Both the position numbers and the translations under genes were made by a program. Below the pieces are notes generated by a model. That model saw only the letters and a program-made list of their open reading frames with translations, made no database searches and had not been told where the DNA came from. From Candidatus Woesearchaeota archaeon (GTDB taxonomy: Archaea; Nanobdellota; Nanobdellia; SCGC-AAA011-G17; JACPNG01), in contig JACPNG010000005.1 in assembly GCA_016185605.1 (NCBI GenBank), forward strand, positions 4,438 through 68,437: 64,000 bases of DNA, written 5' to 3'. Shown piece after piece: positions 48,272 to 55,653 of this stretch. Each line of letters opens with the position of its first letter. The first letter of the stretch is position 1.

Positions 48272-48676
48272 CTATAATTCAGCTTTTTCTAAACTCAATT
48301 CTGAGAACTCTTTAGCAATTTGCTCTAACTCCGCTAATTTTTCATTAGATAACCTATTTTTTATATTTCTATCAAAATAACCCCTACAATCTTTTGCTAT
48401 AATATGAGTTAATAATGGGAGATTCATATTTAATAATCCTACAACCCTTAAATTATCATAAACTCTTTGAATCTCAGGACATATTGGATAAGGACCATCC
48501 CACTTAAATTCTAAGTCTGTAAATGGAGTTATTCCTTGGATTTTCTTACTATAAAGGAAATTATGAATATCCATTTGAGAATAAGCTAATTTTTCTTGTT
48601 TTGATAGTCCATAAAGACAGATTATTAATTCTTGAGGCGTTAACTTATCGCTAATTTCAGATGTATTTTCATTCAT
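48272..48676 (-). CDS. possible Panacea/SocA (DUF4065)-like antitoxin-domain protein
   Basis: ELIICLY ... FKWDGPYPICPEIQRVYDNL loosely matches the DUF4065 signature (KLxKLLY ... FxAWxxGPVxxxVY) as recalled from memory. 1-nt gap to the upstream small TM gene. Weak assignment. Confidence 0.35.
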   Translation of the reverse strand: MNENTSEISDKLTPQELIICLYGLSKQEKLAYSQMDIHNFLYSKKIQGITPFTDLEFKWDGPYPICPEIQRVYDNLRVVGLLNMNLPLLTHIIAKDCRGYFDRNIKNRLSNEKLAELEQIAKEFSELSLEKAEL

Positions 48677-48677
48677 T

Positions 48678-48866
48678 TTAGTCTCTCCTAGGAATTAGCA
48701 TATAAATCCCTAGAATTATCAATAAAACAGGCCATATTGAGATATTAGGAATCCAGCCAAAATTTCTAGCCAAGAAGAATAATCCCAATAACAAGAAAAA
48801 CCAACCCCAGAATATATTTCCAGAATAATAGCTCCAGACATAGCTGTTAATCTTATCTCTTTTCAT
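48678..48866 (-). CDS. small 2-TM membrane protein (LiaF-N/DUF5668-like pattern)
   Basis: 62 aa. GWFFLLLGLFFLARNFGWIPNISIWPVLLIILGIYML. Paralogous pattern to the divergent ORF 48975..49172. Confidence 0.5.
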   Translation of the reverse strand: MKRDKINSYVWSYYSGNIFWGWFFLLLGLFFLARNFGWIPNISIWPVLLIILGIYMLIPRRD

Positions 48867-48974
48867 AATCTATAAAATATATATTTTCTAATAAATGTTT
48901 GCATTCCCAAAAGACTACAAAGGAATATAAATAAGATTGATTTGATATTTATATTAAAACTGGAGGTGCTAATA

Positions 48975-49172
48975 ATGTTTGGATGTATGAAATGCAGCAA
49001 AATATCAGGGGTTCTATTCTTGGTTTTTGGAATAGTATTTTTATTAGAGGATTTAGGGTTATGGACTCTGGGATTATCTTGGTATACAATATTTTTTGCA
49101 TTAATAGGAATAATTTCAATAGGAAACTCAATGTGCAAAGACTGCCAAGCAATGATGAAGGGTAAAAAATAA
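48975..49172 (+). CDS. small 2-TM membrane protein with terminal CxxC pairs
   Basis: ATG 48975 is preceded by GGAGGTG at 48962..48968. MFGCMKCSKISGVLFLVFGIVFLLEDLGLWTLGLSWYTIFFALIGIISIGNSMCKDCQ. The track's longer start at 48942 is less likely. Confidence 0.55.
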   Translation: MFGCMKCSKISGVLFLVFGIVFLLEDLGLWTLGLSWYTIFFALIGIISIGNSMCKDCQAMMKGKK

Positions 49173-49228
49173 CCCTTCTTATTTTTCTTAAATTTTAGTT
49201 GTAGAACTTCATCTAATCATAAATAGGA

Positions 49229-49609
49229 CTAAAAATCAAATTTTCCTATTAAAGCGCTATTAGGATATCCCCTAATTATATTCATCTCTTCTGTAGTTAA
49301 TCTATCGGGATTATATCTATTGTTTGCGCACAATATACTCTTGTTTTCTCTTAATTTTGATAAATCAACCCTTTCTGAGATTCCCATCATAATTATTTTC
49401 TCACGAAATTGAAGTGCATCTTCTATAGTGCCAAACACATAAAATCTATTTCCTGATTCTGGTATTCCCCTACCCGCGATGTCATAATCTGTATTAAATT
49501 TTACACTATTTTCTTCAGCTATTTTATTAGTTCTGTTAATATCATGTTCTTTAGTATGCATATCAACTTCTGCTTGATAGACTATTCCTTCTATTGTTTG
49601 ACTAACCAT
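49229..49609 (-). CDS. hypothetical protein (island ORF)
   Basis: 126-aa ORF. No family recognised. Confidence 0.55.
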   Translation of the reverse strand: MVSQTIEGIVYQAEVDMHTKEHDINRTNKIAEENSVKFNTDYDIAGRGIPESGNRFYVFGTIEDALQFREKIIMMGISERVDLSKLRENKSILCANNRYNPDRLTTEEMNIIRGYPNSALIGKFDF

Positions 49610-49726
49610 TTTAACCTTTAGAAACTACATTTTTGTATTTTCTTTATTTATAAACTTTACTAATGTTATCACTAATAAATAATTAATAATAGAAAGGTTT
49701 AAAAGGCAATATTTGATATTAATCTT

Positions 49727-50857
49727 ATGTATAGTTCATTTTTAGATAAAAAGCCCAGAGAAATCTCCTTTTATCATAAAGGAAGCAAAGTATCACCAGA
49801 TGAAGTATTTACAATATTATATAATGGTTTAAATCCATTAATAAACAGAAATCTTGAAACATTTATGTTTAATAGAAATAAAGAAAGATATAGGGGAATG
49901 GGCCATCCAACAAGAGTTAACGATGATTCACTTCAAAAGAAATTAACGCAAGAATGGAAAGAAGGACTTCCAGAAGAAAGAATAATAGCAGAAGTAGTAT
50001 TTGATGATAGTTCTGAAAGAAGGTATAAAATAAATGCTAGAAGTAATTTTACGCCACAAGATATCATAAAATTCCCCAATATGGCTCTTCTTATTGGGGA
50101 AGATGATCAAGTTGTGTTAAGGGAAGCAAGAAAATATTCTTCTGATTTAATAAAAAGACTAGGATCAAAGAGATATGGAATAAGATTTGATGCCAGAGCA
50201 ACTATGCAGTTTGAAGGAGAAAATAAATCTTTAGTCATGCCTAAAAGAAGAGTAATGAATATTCCAGAACCAAATTTAGTATTAGCATTAGAAAAACTAT
50301 ATTTTGAGGGAAGAATTCCAAGATTAACCCCACCAGTAGCAGTAGTTGGTTCTTCAAGAGATAAATTATGGTATTTAAGGGATTTTCTCCCAACAGTTTT
50401 AGATACAGGAATTGATGATTTAAGCCAGTTAGCAGCTTATTTAGGAACACAACGTGCATTAGGATTAATGGAAGGAGATAGACAGCTTATACACTATGTG
50501 TTGTGGAGGGATCAAATAGTTAATTTTGACCCCGACTTTATGTTTTTAACAAGAAATAGCAATTTAGTAAGGGATATGGAAATTAGTGATTTTAAAGAAG
50601 TAATGAGTGAACAAAATAAGAAAGATAGTACAACTTATTTGACGGCTGAGGAGATAGATAATTTTGGAAGACGTTCTACGCAATATATGAGGGAACTTGA
50701 GGAAAAGGGAGTAAACCCTTCATTATTATTGAATACTTTATCTCCTGAAATAAGATTAGGGGATGATATCATAAGAAAGATTAGAATTGACCTAAATCCA
50801 GGTGGAATAGAGCAGAAAATGGGGGCATTTAGTCTTGCAGATAGAGGAGATAATTAA
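49727..50857 (+). CDS. hypothetical protein, largest island ORF
   Basis: 376 aa, soluble, Arg/Asp/Gly-richer than neighbouring housekeeping proteins by eye. No motif recognised. Confidence 0.65.
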   Translation: MYSSFLDKKPREISFYHKGSKVSPDEVFTILYNGLNPLINRNLETFMFNRNKERYRGMGHPTRVNDDSLQKKLTQEWKEGLPEERIIAEVVFDDSSERRYKINARSNFTPQDIIKFPNMALLIGEDDQVVLREARKYSSDLIKRLGSKRYGIRFDARATMQFEGENKSLVMPKRRVMNIPEPNLVLALEKLYFEGRIPRLTPPVAVVGSSRDKLWYLRDFLPTVLDTGIDDLSQLAAYLGTQRALGLMEGDRQLIHYVLWRDQIVNFDPDFMFLTRNSNLVRDMEISDFKEVMSEQNKKDSTTYLTAEEIDNFGRRSTQYMRELEEKGVNPSLLLNTLSPEIRLGDDIIRKIRIDLNPGGIEQKMGAFSLADRGDN

Positions 50858-50895
50858 ATACTTCGTATAACAAGTATTAAATGAAATCAATAACT

Positions 50896-51366
50896 TTATG
50901 CATGATGGAGCCTCATTTGTCCTTCTTTTTTATATATTTCTTTTTGTTGTCTTCGGACTTTTAGAAAAAGACCAGGAATTCCAAAAGCTAAAGCAAAGAA
51001 ATATGCAGATATAACTCCTTCTCTTAATAATCTCAAATTATTCTCAATATAATCTTTCTTTTTATCTAGAAATTCCTTGACTTCTTTATTTGATTTTAAT
51101 TCGTTAGTCTCTTTTAATAATTGGTTATATTCCATTCCAATATTCTGAATATTTAAACCACTTTTTACTATTTTACCAATATTAAGATTATCTAATCTTG
51201 ACATCTCTTTTATAGAGTCATGATATCTAGCGACTGGAGAATTAACTGAATATTTTAACTTATCAGGAAAACTTGCTTTATACACACCATAAAATCCTGC
51301 ACCAAAACCAATTATAATCCCAGTAACTCCTATAGCCAATAGTCTATTTTCTAATTTCTTTCCCAT
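50896..51366 (-). CDS. hypothetical membrane protein (N- and C-terminal TM helices)
   Basis: 156 aa. TM at AIGVTGIIIGFGAGFYGVY and ISAYFFALAFGIPGLFL, with a coiled-coil-like middle. Confidence 0.55.
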   Translation of the reverse strand: MGKKLENRLLAIGVTGIIIGFGAGFYGVYKASFPDKLKYSVNSPVARYHDSIKEMSRLDNLNIGKIVKSGLNIQNIGMEYNQLLKETNELKSNKEVKEFLDKKKDYIENNLRLLREGVISAYFFALAFGIPGLFLKVRRQQKEIYKKEGQMRLHHA

Positions 51367-51482
51367 ACAAAATCATTAATAAGAAAGATATTTAAAACTT
51401 CCTAATAAGGAGAAACAATCTTTCCACTATGATATTCTTCAACAATAAAGGATATAAATCTTTACTCATCTACTTTTGAGAC

Positions 51483-51860
51483 ATGGATAACATACCAATA
51501 GTAAATACTTTTCATGCATTACAGAGATATGATGAAAGAGCAGCACCAAAAAAAGGAATGCCCTATAGAGACAGAGACAGAAGCCTTACACTTAGAATTA
51601 ATAGAGCAAGATTAATTAGTGAAAAAGAAAAATTATTTGAGAAATTAGCACAGTCTGATAAAGTGAATGATGGAACATTAGAATATAGAGAAGATATAAC
51701 AGCAATATTCATTTTAAGACATGGAGAAGATTTAATGGGTACACTCTCAGTAAGAGAACCAGAAAAATTTTATACTCCTAATGGAATTGTGCCTAGTAAG
51801 AAATTTGCGACAATTGAAGAGATAGCTGGAGTATATCCAACCCCACAATTCTGGAGTTAA
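51483..51860 (+). CDS. hypothetical protein (weak DUF4258-like N-terminal pattern)
   Basis: 125 aa. TFHALQRYDER resembles the xHAxxRxxxR start of DUF4258-type toxins, which is very weak evidence. Confidence 0.5.
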   Translation: MDNIPIVNTFHALQRYDERAAPKKGMPYRDRDRSLTLRINRARLISEKEKLFEKLAQSDKVNDGTLEYREDITAIFILRHGEDLMGTLSVREPEKFYTPNGIVPSKKFATIEEIAGVYPTPQFWS

Positions 51861-51902
51861 TTAAGCGAAATCTTTAATTAATCTTTATTCTTTAATATAT
51901 TA

Positions 51903-52331
51903 ATGAATAGTGATTTTAAGAAGAAGAGATTTACTATAGAAGCACGTAAGAGACTGCATAATGATATATCATCATTTATTACCAGCTATAAAAAAGAAGA
52001 TGATATATTAAAAAAATTAAAAAATCCAACATTATGTGATATAGCAAATTTAATTTCTGGATGTATATTAGATAGGCATAGTGAAGATATTAAATGCCTT
52101 TCTTCTTATCATGCTAGTCTAAAATGGTTATCTAATCAGCCGTTAGAAAAACTTTATTCATCAATAGACTTATTTAAAGATCCAAATTATAAAGTAGACG
52201 GAAATATTCCTGTAGAAGATAGGGTTAAATTAGCTAAGGAATTAGTTTATGAATTAAAATTGAAGGCAAGACCAGAAATATATAGAGAATTGGAAAAAAG
52301 AGGCCCATATGCTCAAAAAACTGGAGACTGA
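51903..52331 (+). CDS. hypothetical protein overlapping the recombinase start
   Basis: 142-aa ORF. 23-nt overlap with 52309..53136. Confidence 0.55.
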   Translation: MNSDFKKKRFTIEARKRLHNDISSFITSYKKEDDILKKLKNPTLCDIANLISGCILDRHSEDIKCLSSYHASLKWLSNQPLEKLYSSIDLFKDPNYKVDGNIPVEDRVKLAKELVYELKLKARPEIYRELEKRGPYAQKTGD

Positions 52332-53136
52332 ACTAAAATTGAGGGGATTCTCAGAAAGAACAATAGAGGCATATACATTGCATAACAAAAAATTTATAGA
52401 ATATATAAAAAAATCCCCGGAAAAAGTAAATGAAGAAGACATTAAAAGCTATATTGGATTTTTAATATCAAATAAAAATTCTCCAAGGTCGTTGGCATTG
52501 AAAAAAGCAGCTTTAAAATTTCTTTATGACGAAGTTCTTAAGAAAAACATTGTCAATTTCAAAACCCCAAAAATTCCAAAAAATATTCCTTCTGTAATGA
52601 CGATGGAAGAGGTGAAAAAATTAATCAATTCTGCTGGAAGCTATAAAACAAAGATGATAATCAAATTCTTGTATTCTTCTGGATTGAGATTGTCTGAGTT
52701 AAGAGGATTGAAAATAAATGATTTGGAATTAAAAGACAAAATGGGCTGGGTAAGAAGAGGAAAAGGATCAAAAGACAGGATGTTTATCTTGTCAGATTCT
52801 ATTGTAAAAGAACTAAATGATTACTTAAAAACCCTTGACAAGAATGAAGTTTATTTGTTTCCTGGAAGAAATGGAGTTTTATCCTCGAGAAATATCCAAA
52901 AAATAGTCGAAAATGCAGCCAAAAAAGCAGGAATAAAAAAGAAAGTAACTCCCCATAAACTAAGGCATAGCTTTGCCACCCATTTATTAGAGTCTGGAGT
53001 AGACATAAGATACATCCAAAGTCTATTAGGGCATGCTTCAATAGCCACAACAGAAATTTATACCCATGTCTCAAAGGAGAAAATAAAGGCAATAAAGAAT
53101 CCATTGGATATGCTAAACGAGGACAAGAATATTTAA
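52309..53136 (+). CDS. xerA: tyrosine recombinase (XerA/XerCD-like integrase)
   Basis: N-terminal SAM-like core-binding domain (LRGFSERTIEAYTLHNKKFIEYI). Catalytic motifs GLRLSELRGL (Arg), HKLRHSFATHLL (HxxR), LLGHASIATTEIYTHV (His/Tyr). The chromosomal XerA versus element integrase role is unresolved. Confidence 0.8.
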   Translation: MLKKLETELKLRGFSERTIEAYTLHNKKFIEYIKKSPEKVNEEDIKSYIGFLISNKNSPRSLALKKAALKFLYDEVLKKNIVNFKTPKIPKNIPSVMTMEEVKKLINSAGSYKTKMIIKFLYSSGLRLSELRGLKINDLELKDKMGWVRRGKGSKDRMFILSDSIVKELNDYLKTLDKNEVYLFPGRNGVLSSRNIQKIVENAAKKAGIKKKVTPHKLRHSFATHLLESGVDIRYIQSLLGHASIATTEIYTHVSKEKIKAIKNPLDMLNEDKNI

Positions 53137-53182
53137 ATACTATTGAATTATAATTTTTATATCGATAAAATGGAGGTTTCAA

Positions 53183-53314
53183 ATGGCAGTTAAAGTTAAA
53201 GCTGGAGAGAAGAGGCAATCTGGATGGTTATACTTCGTTAAGGGCAAGACTCTTGAAATATGGAAAGCTAAGATGGCCAGAGGAAGGAAGAAAGGCTCAA
53301 AGAAAAAGAGATAA
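53183..53314 (+). CDS. small highly basic protein, 43 aa (not in ORF track)
   Basis: Own translation: MAVKVKAGEKRQSGWLYFVKGKTLEIWKAKMARGRKKGSKKKR*. GGAGGT lies 6 nt upstream of the ATG. Confidence 0.5.
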   Translation: MAVKVKAGEKRQSGWLYFVKGKTLEIWKAKMARGRKKGSKKKR

Positions 53315-53318
53315 TTTC

Positions 53319-53627
53319 TTATCTTTTTATTTTATTTTTTAACCCTGAAAATAGCTTGTTGAATGTTTTGTATAATAATTCTAATTCTATTTTGCCACTT
53401 TTAGTAAGAATGTAATTCTTTTTCCTTCCTTTTTGTTTCATCTTTATTAACTTTAATCTGCATAATCTCTTTAGCGTTGGGTAGATAGTTCCAGGGGTTA
53501 ATTTATACCTCTTTCTTTTGCCTATTAATCCAGCCAGTTCATCCCCGCATAAACACTTTTTATTTAATTCATGCAATATAAAAAAACTAAGAAAACCCTT
53601 CATATCAATATGTTTAATATTTTTCAT
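53319..53627 (-). CDS. PadR-family transcriptional regulator
   Basis: FLSFFILHEL...CGDELAGLI...LTPGTIYPTLKRLCRLKLIKMK is a PadR wHTH pattern. 102 aa. Confidence 0.75.
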   Translation of the reverse strand: MKNIKHIDMKGFLSFFILHELNKKCLCGDELAGLIGKRKRYKLTPGTIYPTLKRLCRLKLIKMKQKGRKKNYILTKSGKIELELLYKTFNKLFSGLKNKIKR

Positions 53628-53668
53628 AAATGATTAAAAGTTTTAATCATATATAAATACTATTATTT

Positions 53669-53716
53669 ATATTGTATATTCAATATATTGTATCAACTAT
53701 ATATTGTACAATCAAT
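53669..53716. promoter_or_regulatory. three direct ATATTGTA(T/C) repeats at exact 16-nt spacing (candidate operator/promoter of the PadR gene)
   Basis: atattgtat at 53669 and 53685, atattgtac at 53701. Located 42-90 nt upstream of the PadR start (53627, minus strand). Confidence 0.45.
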
Positions 53717-53815
53717 AAATAAGCTCAATTTATATTTTAATTATTGCTTAAAACTTTTAAGCGGCAAAATTGGTAAAAATTACTGCTAATTTTTTTAAGA
53801 AATTTAAAACAAAGA

Positions 53816-53823
53816 TTTAAAAA
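53816..53823 (+). promoter_or_regulatory. TATA-box-like element of the tRNA-Lys gene
   Basis: tttaaaaa lies 25-32 nt upstream of tRNA position 1. Confidence 0.35.
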
Positions 53824-53847
53824 CAATTTTTATATCAATTTTTTGTT

Positions 53848-53939
53848 GGGTCCTTAGCTCAGTCTGGTTTAGAGCACCTGCCTCTTAGTCTCTATGAAGA
53901 GAGAGTAGGTGGTCGAGGGTTCAAATCCCCCAGGGCCCA
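53848..53939 (+). tRNA. tRNA-Lys(CUU) with 16-nt intron (53888..53903) after position 37
   Basis: Hand-folded cloverleaf. Acceptor GGGTCCT/AGGGCCC. D-arm GCTC-agtctggttta-GAGC. Anticodon stem CCTGC/GTAGG (one G-U). Loop C-T-CTT-A. T-arm GAGGG-TTCAAAT-CCCCC (one A-C mismatch). Discriminator A. The intron AAGAG pairs with the CTCTT of the anticodon loop, as in archaeal bulge-helix-bulge substrates. No encoded CCA. Confidence 0.85.
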
Positions 53940-53940
53940 T

Positions 53941-54840
53941 TTAAATTAATTCTCCGGAATTATAGTAATCTTCTATTCCTTTATCTAAATCAAATTCAGG
54001 AATAAAATTAATCTTTTCTTTGGCTAAAGACATATCGCATAATGTATGATCTTGATATCTTCCAATATATGGATTGTCAATATATTCTGGTTTTCTGTCT
54101 AGATTTAAGATTCTATTCAATACATCTACAATATAATTAAAACTATAGTCTCTTCCAGAACCACAATTAACAATACAACTATTCTTTGCTTCAGAAGCCA
54201 ATAAATTTGCTTTTACAACATCTTTTATATAGATATAATCTCTTTTTTGTTCTCCAAATTTGAATAGTCTTGGATTTTCTTTAATCATTTGTTGCGCCAA
54301 TTGATAGATCATAGTTGCTCTTTCTCCCTTGTATCCTTCTCCTTTTCCATAAACATTGCAATATTTCAATCCAACAATAATTACATCTTCATGCTTTTTG
54401 GCTAATTGTTCAACATAATTATCTAGTAATAATTTTGATTCAGCATAAGGGTTTAATGGGTTTTTTATCCCATCTTCTTTGAATGGCGCCTTGACATCTC
54501 CATAAATTGCTGTTGAAGAGGCATAAACTATTTTTTTGCAGCCATTCTTAATAACTAATTCAAATAGTTTTTTAGAAGAATCTAAATTGTCTTGAAACAT
54601 CTTATTTCTGTCCATTAATGTTGTGTCATTATTTGCTGCCTGGTGAAATAAAACATCTATGTCTCTTATCTTATTCCAATCAATACTATATAAATCTCCA
54701 GTAATTAATTCTCCATTAAAATTATCAATCTTTAATTCATTATCAAAACCAGTTATCACTAAATCATGCCCTAATCTTAGTAATTCTTCGGTTAAATTTG
54801 AACCTATAAATCCTGTTCCACCAGTTACTAATATCCTCAT
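53941..54840 (-). CDS. NAD-dependent sugar epimerase, ADP-glyceromanno-heptose 6-epimerase (HldD)-like
   Basis: VTGGTGFIGSN Rossmann motif and YAESK (YxxxK). YCNVYGKGEGYKGERATM, PRLFKFGEQKRDYIYIKDV and YQDHTLCDMS parallel E. coli HldD segments recalled from memory. Confidence 0.7.
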   Translation of the reverse strand: MRILVTGGTGFIGSNLTEELLRLGHDLVITGFDNELKIDNFNGELITGDLYSIDWNKIRDIDVLFHQAANNDTTLMDRNKMFQDNLDSSKKLFELVIKNGCKKIVYASSTAIYGDVKAPFKEDGIKNPLNPYAESKLLLDNYVEQLAKKHEDVIIVGLKYCNVYGKGEGYKGERATMIYQLAQQMIKENPRLFKFGEQKRDYIYIKDVVKANLLASEAKNSCIVNCGSGRDYSFNYIVDVLNRILNLDRKPEYIDNPYIGRYQDHTLCDMSLAKEKINFIPEFDLDKGIEDYYNSGELI

Positions 54841-54915
54841 ATTTTCTCAAATTTTGATTGGTTTATAACTTTTATGTATACAAATATTTATAAAAAACAA
54901 AAATAATCGCCATTC

Positions 54916-55107
54916 ATGAACAACATAAAATCAGTTTTATTAATAAACATAATTATATTCTCGTTAATATTAGTATTGCATCTGGTGAGATCAATAATAG
55001 GTCTTAATGCCCAGATTGGAGACTTTAATATTCCAGTATGGCTAAGCTATATAGCAATAATAATCTCAGCTTATATAATCTACATAAACTATAAACAGAT
55101 AAAATGA
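54916..55107 (+). CDS. small membrane protein (2 TM)
   Basis: 63 aa. ATGA overlap with the next gene at 55104..55107. Confidence 0.5.
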   Translation: MNNIKSVLLINIIIFSLILVLHLVRSIIGLNAQIGDFNIPVWLSYIAIIISAYIIYINYKQIK

Positions 55108-55406
55108 AAATAACAATAGATACAGAAGCAGACACATTGGAAGACTTGCAAAACGCATTGTCAATAGTTGTCAATTCTATTGAGAAAAAAGGCGGAAAAA
55201 TAATCATGCAGCAATCTCAACAAAATAATAATCTTCAAGAAGTGCAGCAGACCCCGCCTAGAAAACCAAATATGGAAAATGCATATGTCAAAAGGTTTGT
55301 TGAGCAGGAGAAATTAATGGAACAGTTGGATATATCAAACATATTGCAGTCTGATTTTGGCTTGCAAAGGAGAAGAGAAGATATATTAAGGAAAAAGAAT
55401 ATTTAA
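55104..55406 (+). CDS. hypothetical protein, Gln-rich middle
   Basis: 100-aa ORF, translationally coupled to 54916..55107. Confidence 0.5.
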   Translation: MKITIDTEADTLEDLQNALSIVVNSIEKKGGKIIMQQSQQNNNLQEVQQTPPRKPNMENAYVKRFVEQEKLMEQLDISNILQSDFGLQRRREDILRKKNI

Positions 55407-55438
55407 ATATTAGAAAGGATAATTGAGATTGATTAAAA

Positions 55439-55651
55439 ATGAAGAAACAGCAAAAACCAGAAGAAAAAAATGAATTTGTTGATATGATGGTTAGAAAGGC
55501 TTTTTCACAGGATTCAAAGCCAGAGCCGTATACCCCAAAAATAACCACAAGTAAAGATCCTGAATTAAAGCCCCATAAGGATTCTGTCAATATTGAAGAA
55601 ATAGAGGAATTAACTGAAAAATTAAAGGCAAATCTAGTAAAAAGAAAATAG
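55439..55651 (+). CDS. hypothetical Lys/Glu-rich small protein
   Basis: 70-aa ORF in the same orientation as its two upstream neighbours. Confidence 0.45.
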   Translation: MKKQQKPEEKNEFVDMMVRKAFSQDSKPEPYTPKITTSKDPELKPHKDSVNIEEIEELTEKLKANLVKRK

Positions 55652-55653
55652 TT

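Noticed and set aside
48863-49152. Minus-strand ORFs 48863..49138 and 48949..49152 and plus-strand ORF 48983..49165
   Set aside because: They overlap the better-supported plus-strand 65-aa membrane protein gene (strong GGAGGTG plus ATG 48975, paralogous to 48678..48866). Their translations are low-complexity.
44695-53136. Calling the ORFan island a provirus
   Set aside because: No capsid, terminase, portal, replication initiator or packaging ATPase motif could be recognised, and no att repeats were found by eye. It is kept only as a hypothesis of an integrated or variable region.
52309-53136. SSV-type integrase split by integration into the tRNA
   Set aside because: The recombinase ORF is intact with all catalytic motifs and lies 712 nt from the tRNA. 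The tRNA is complete.
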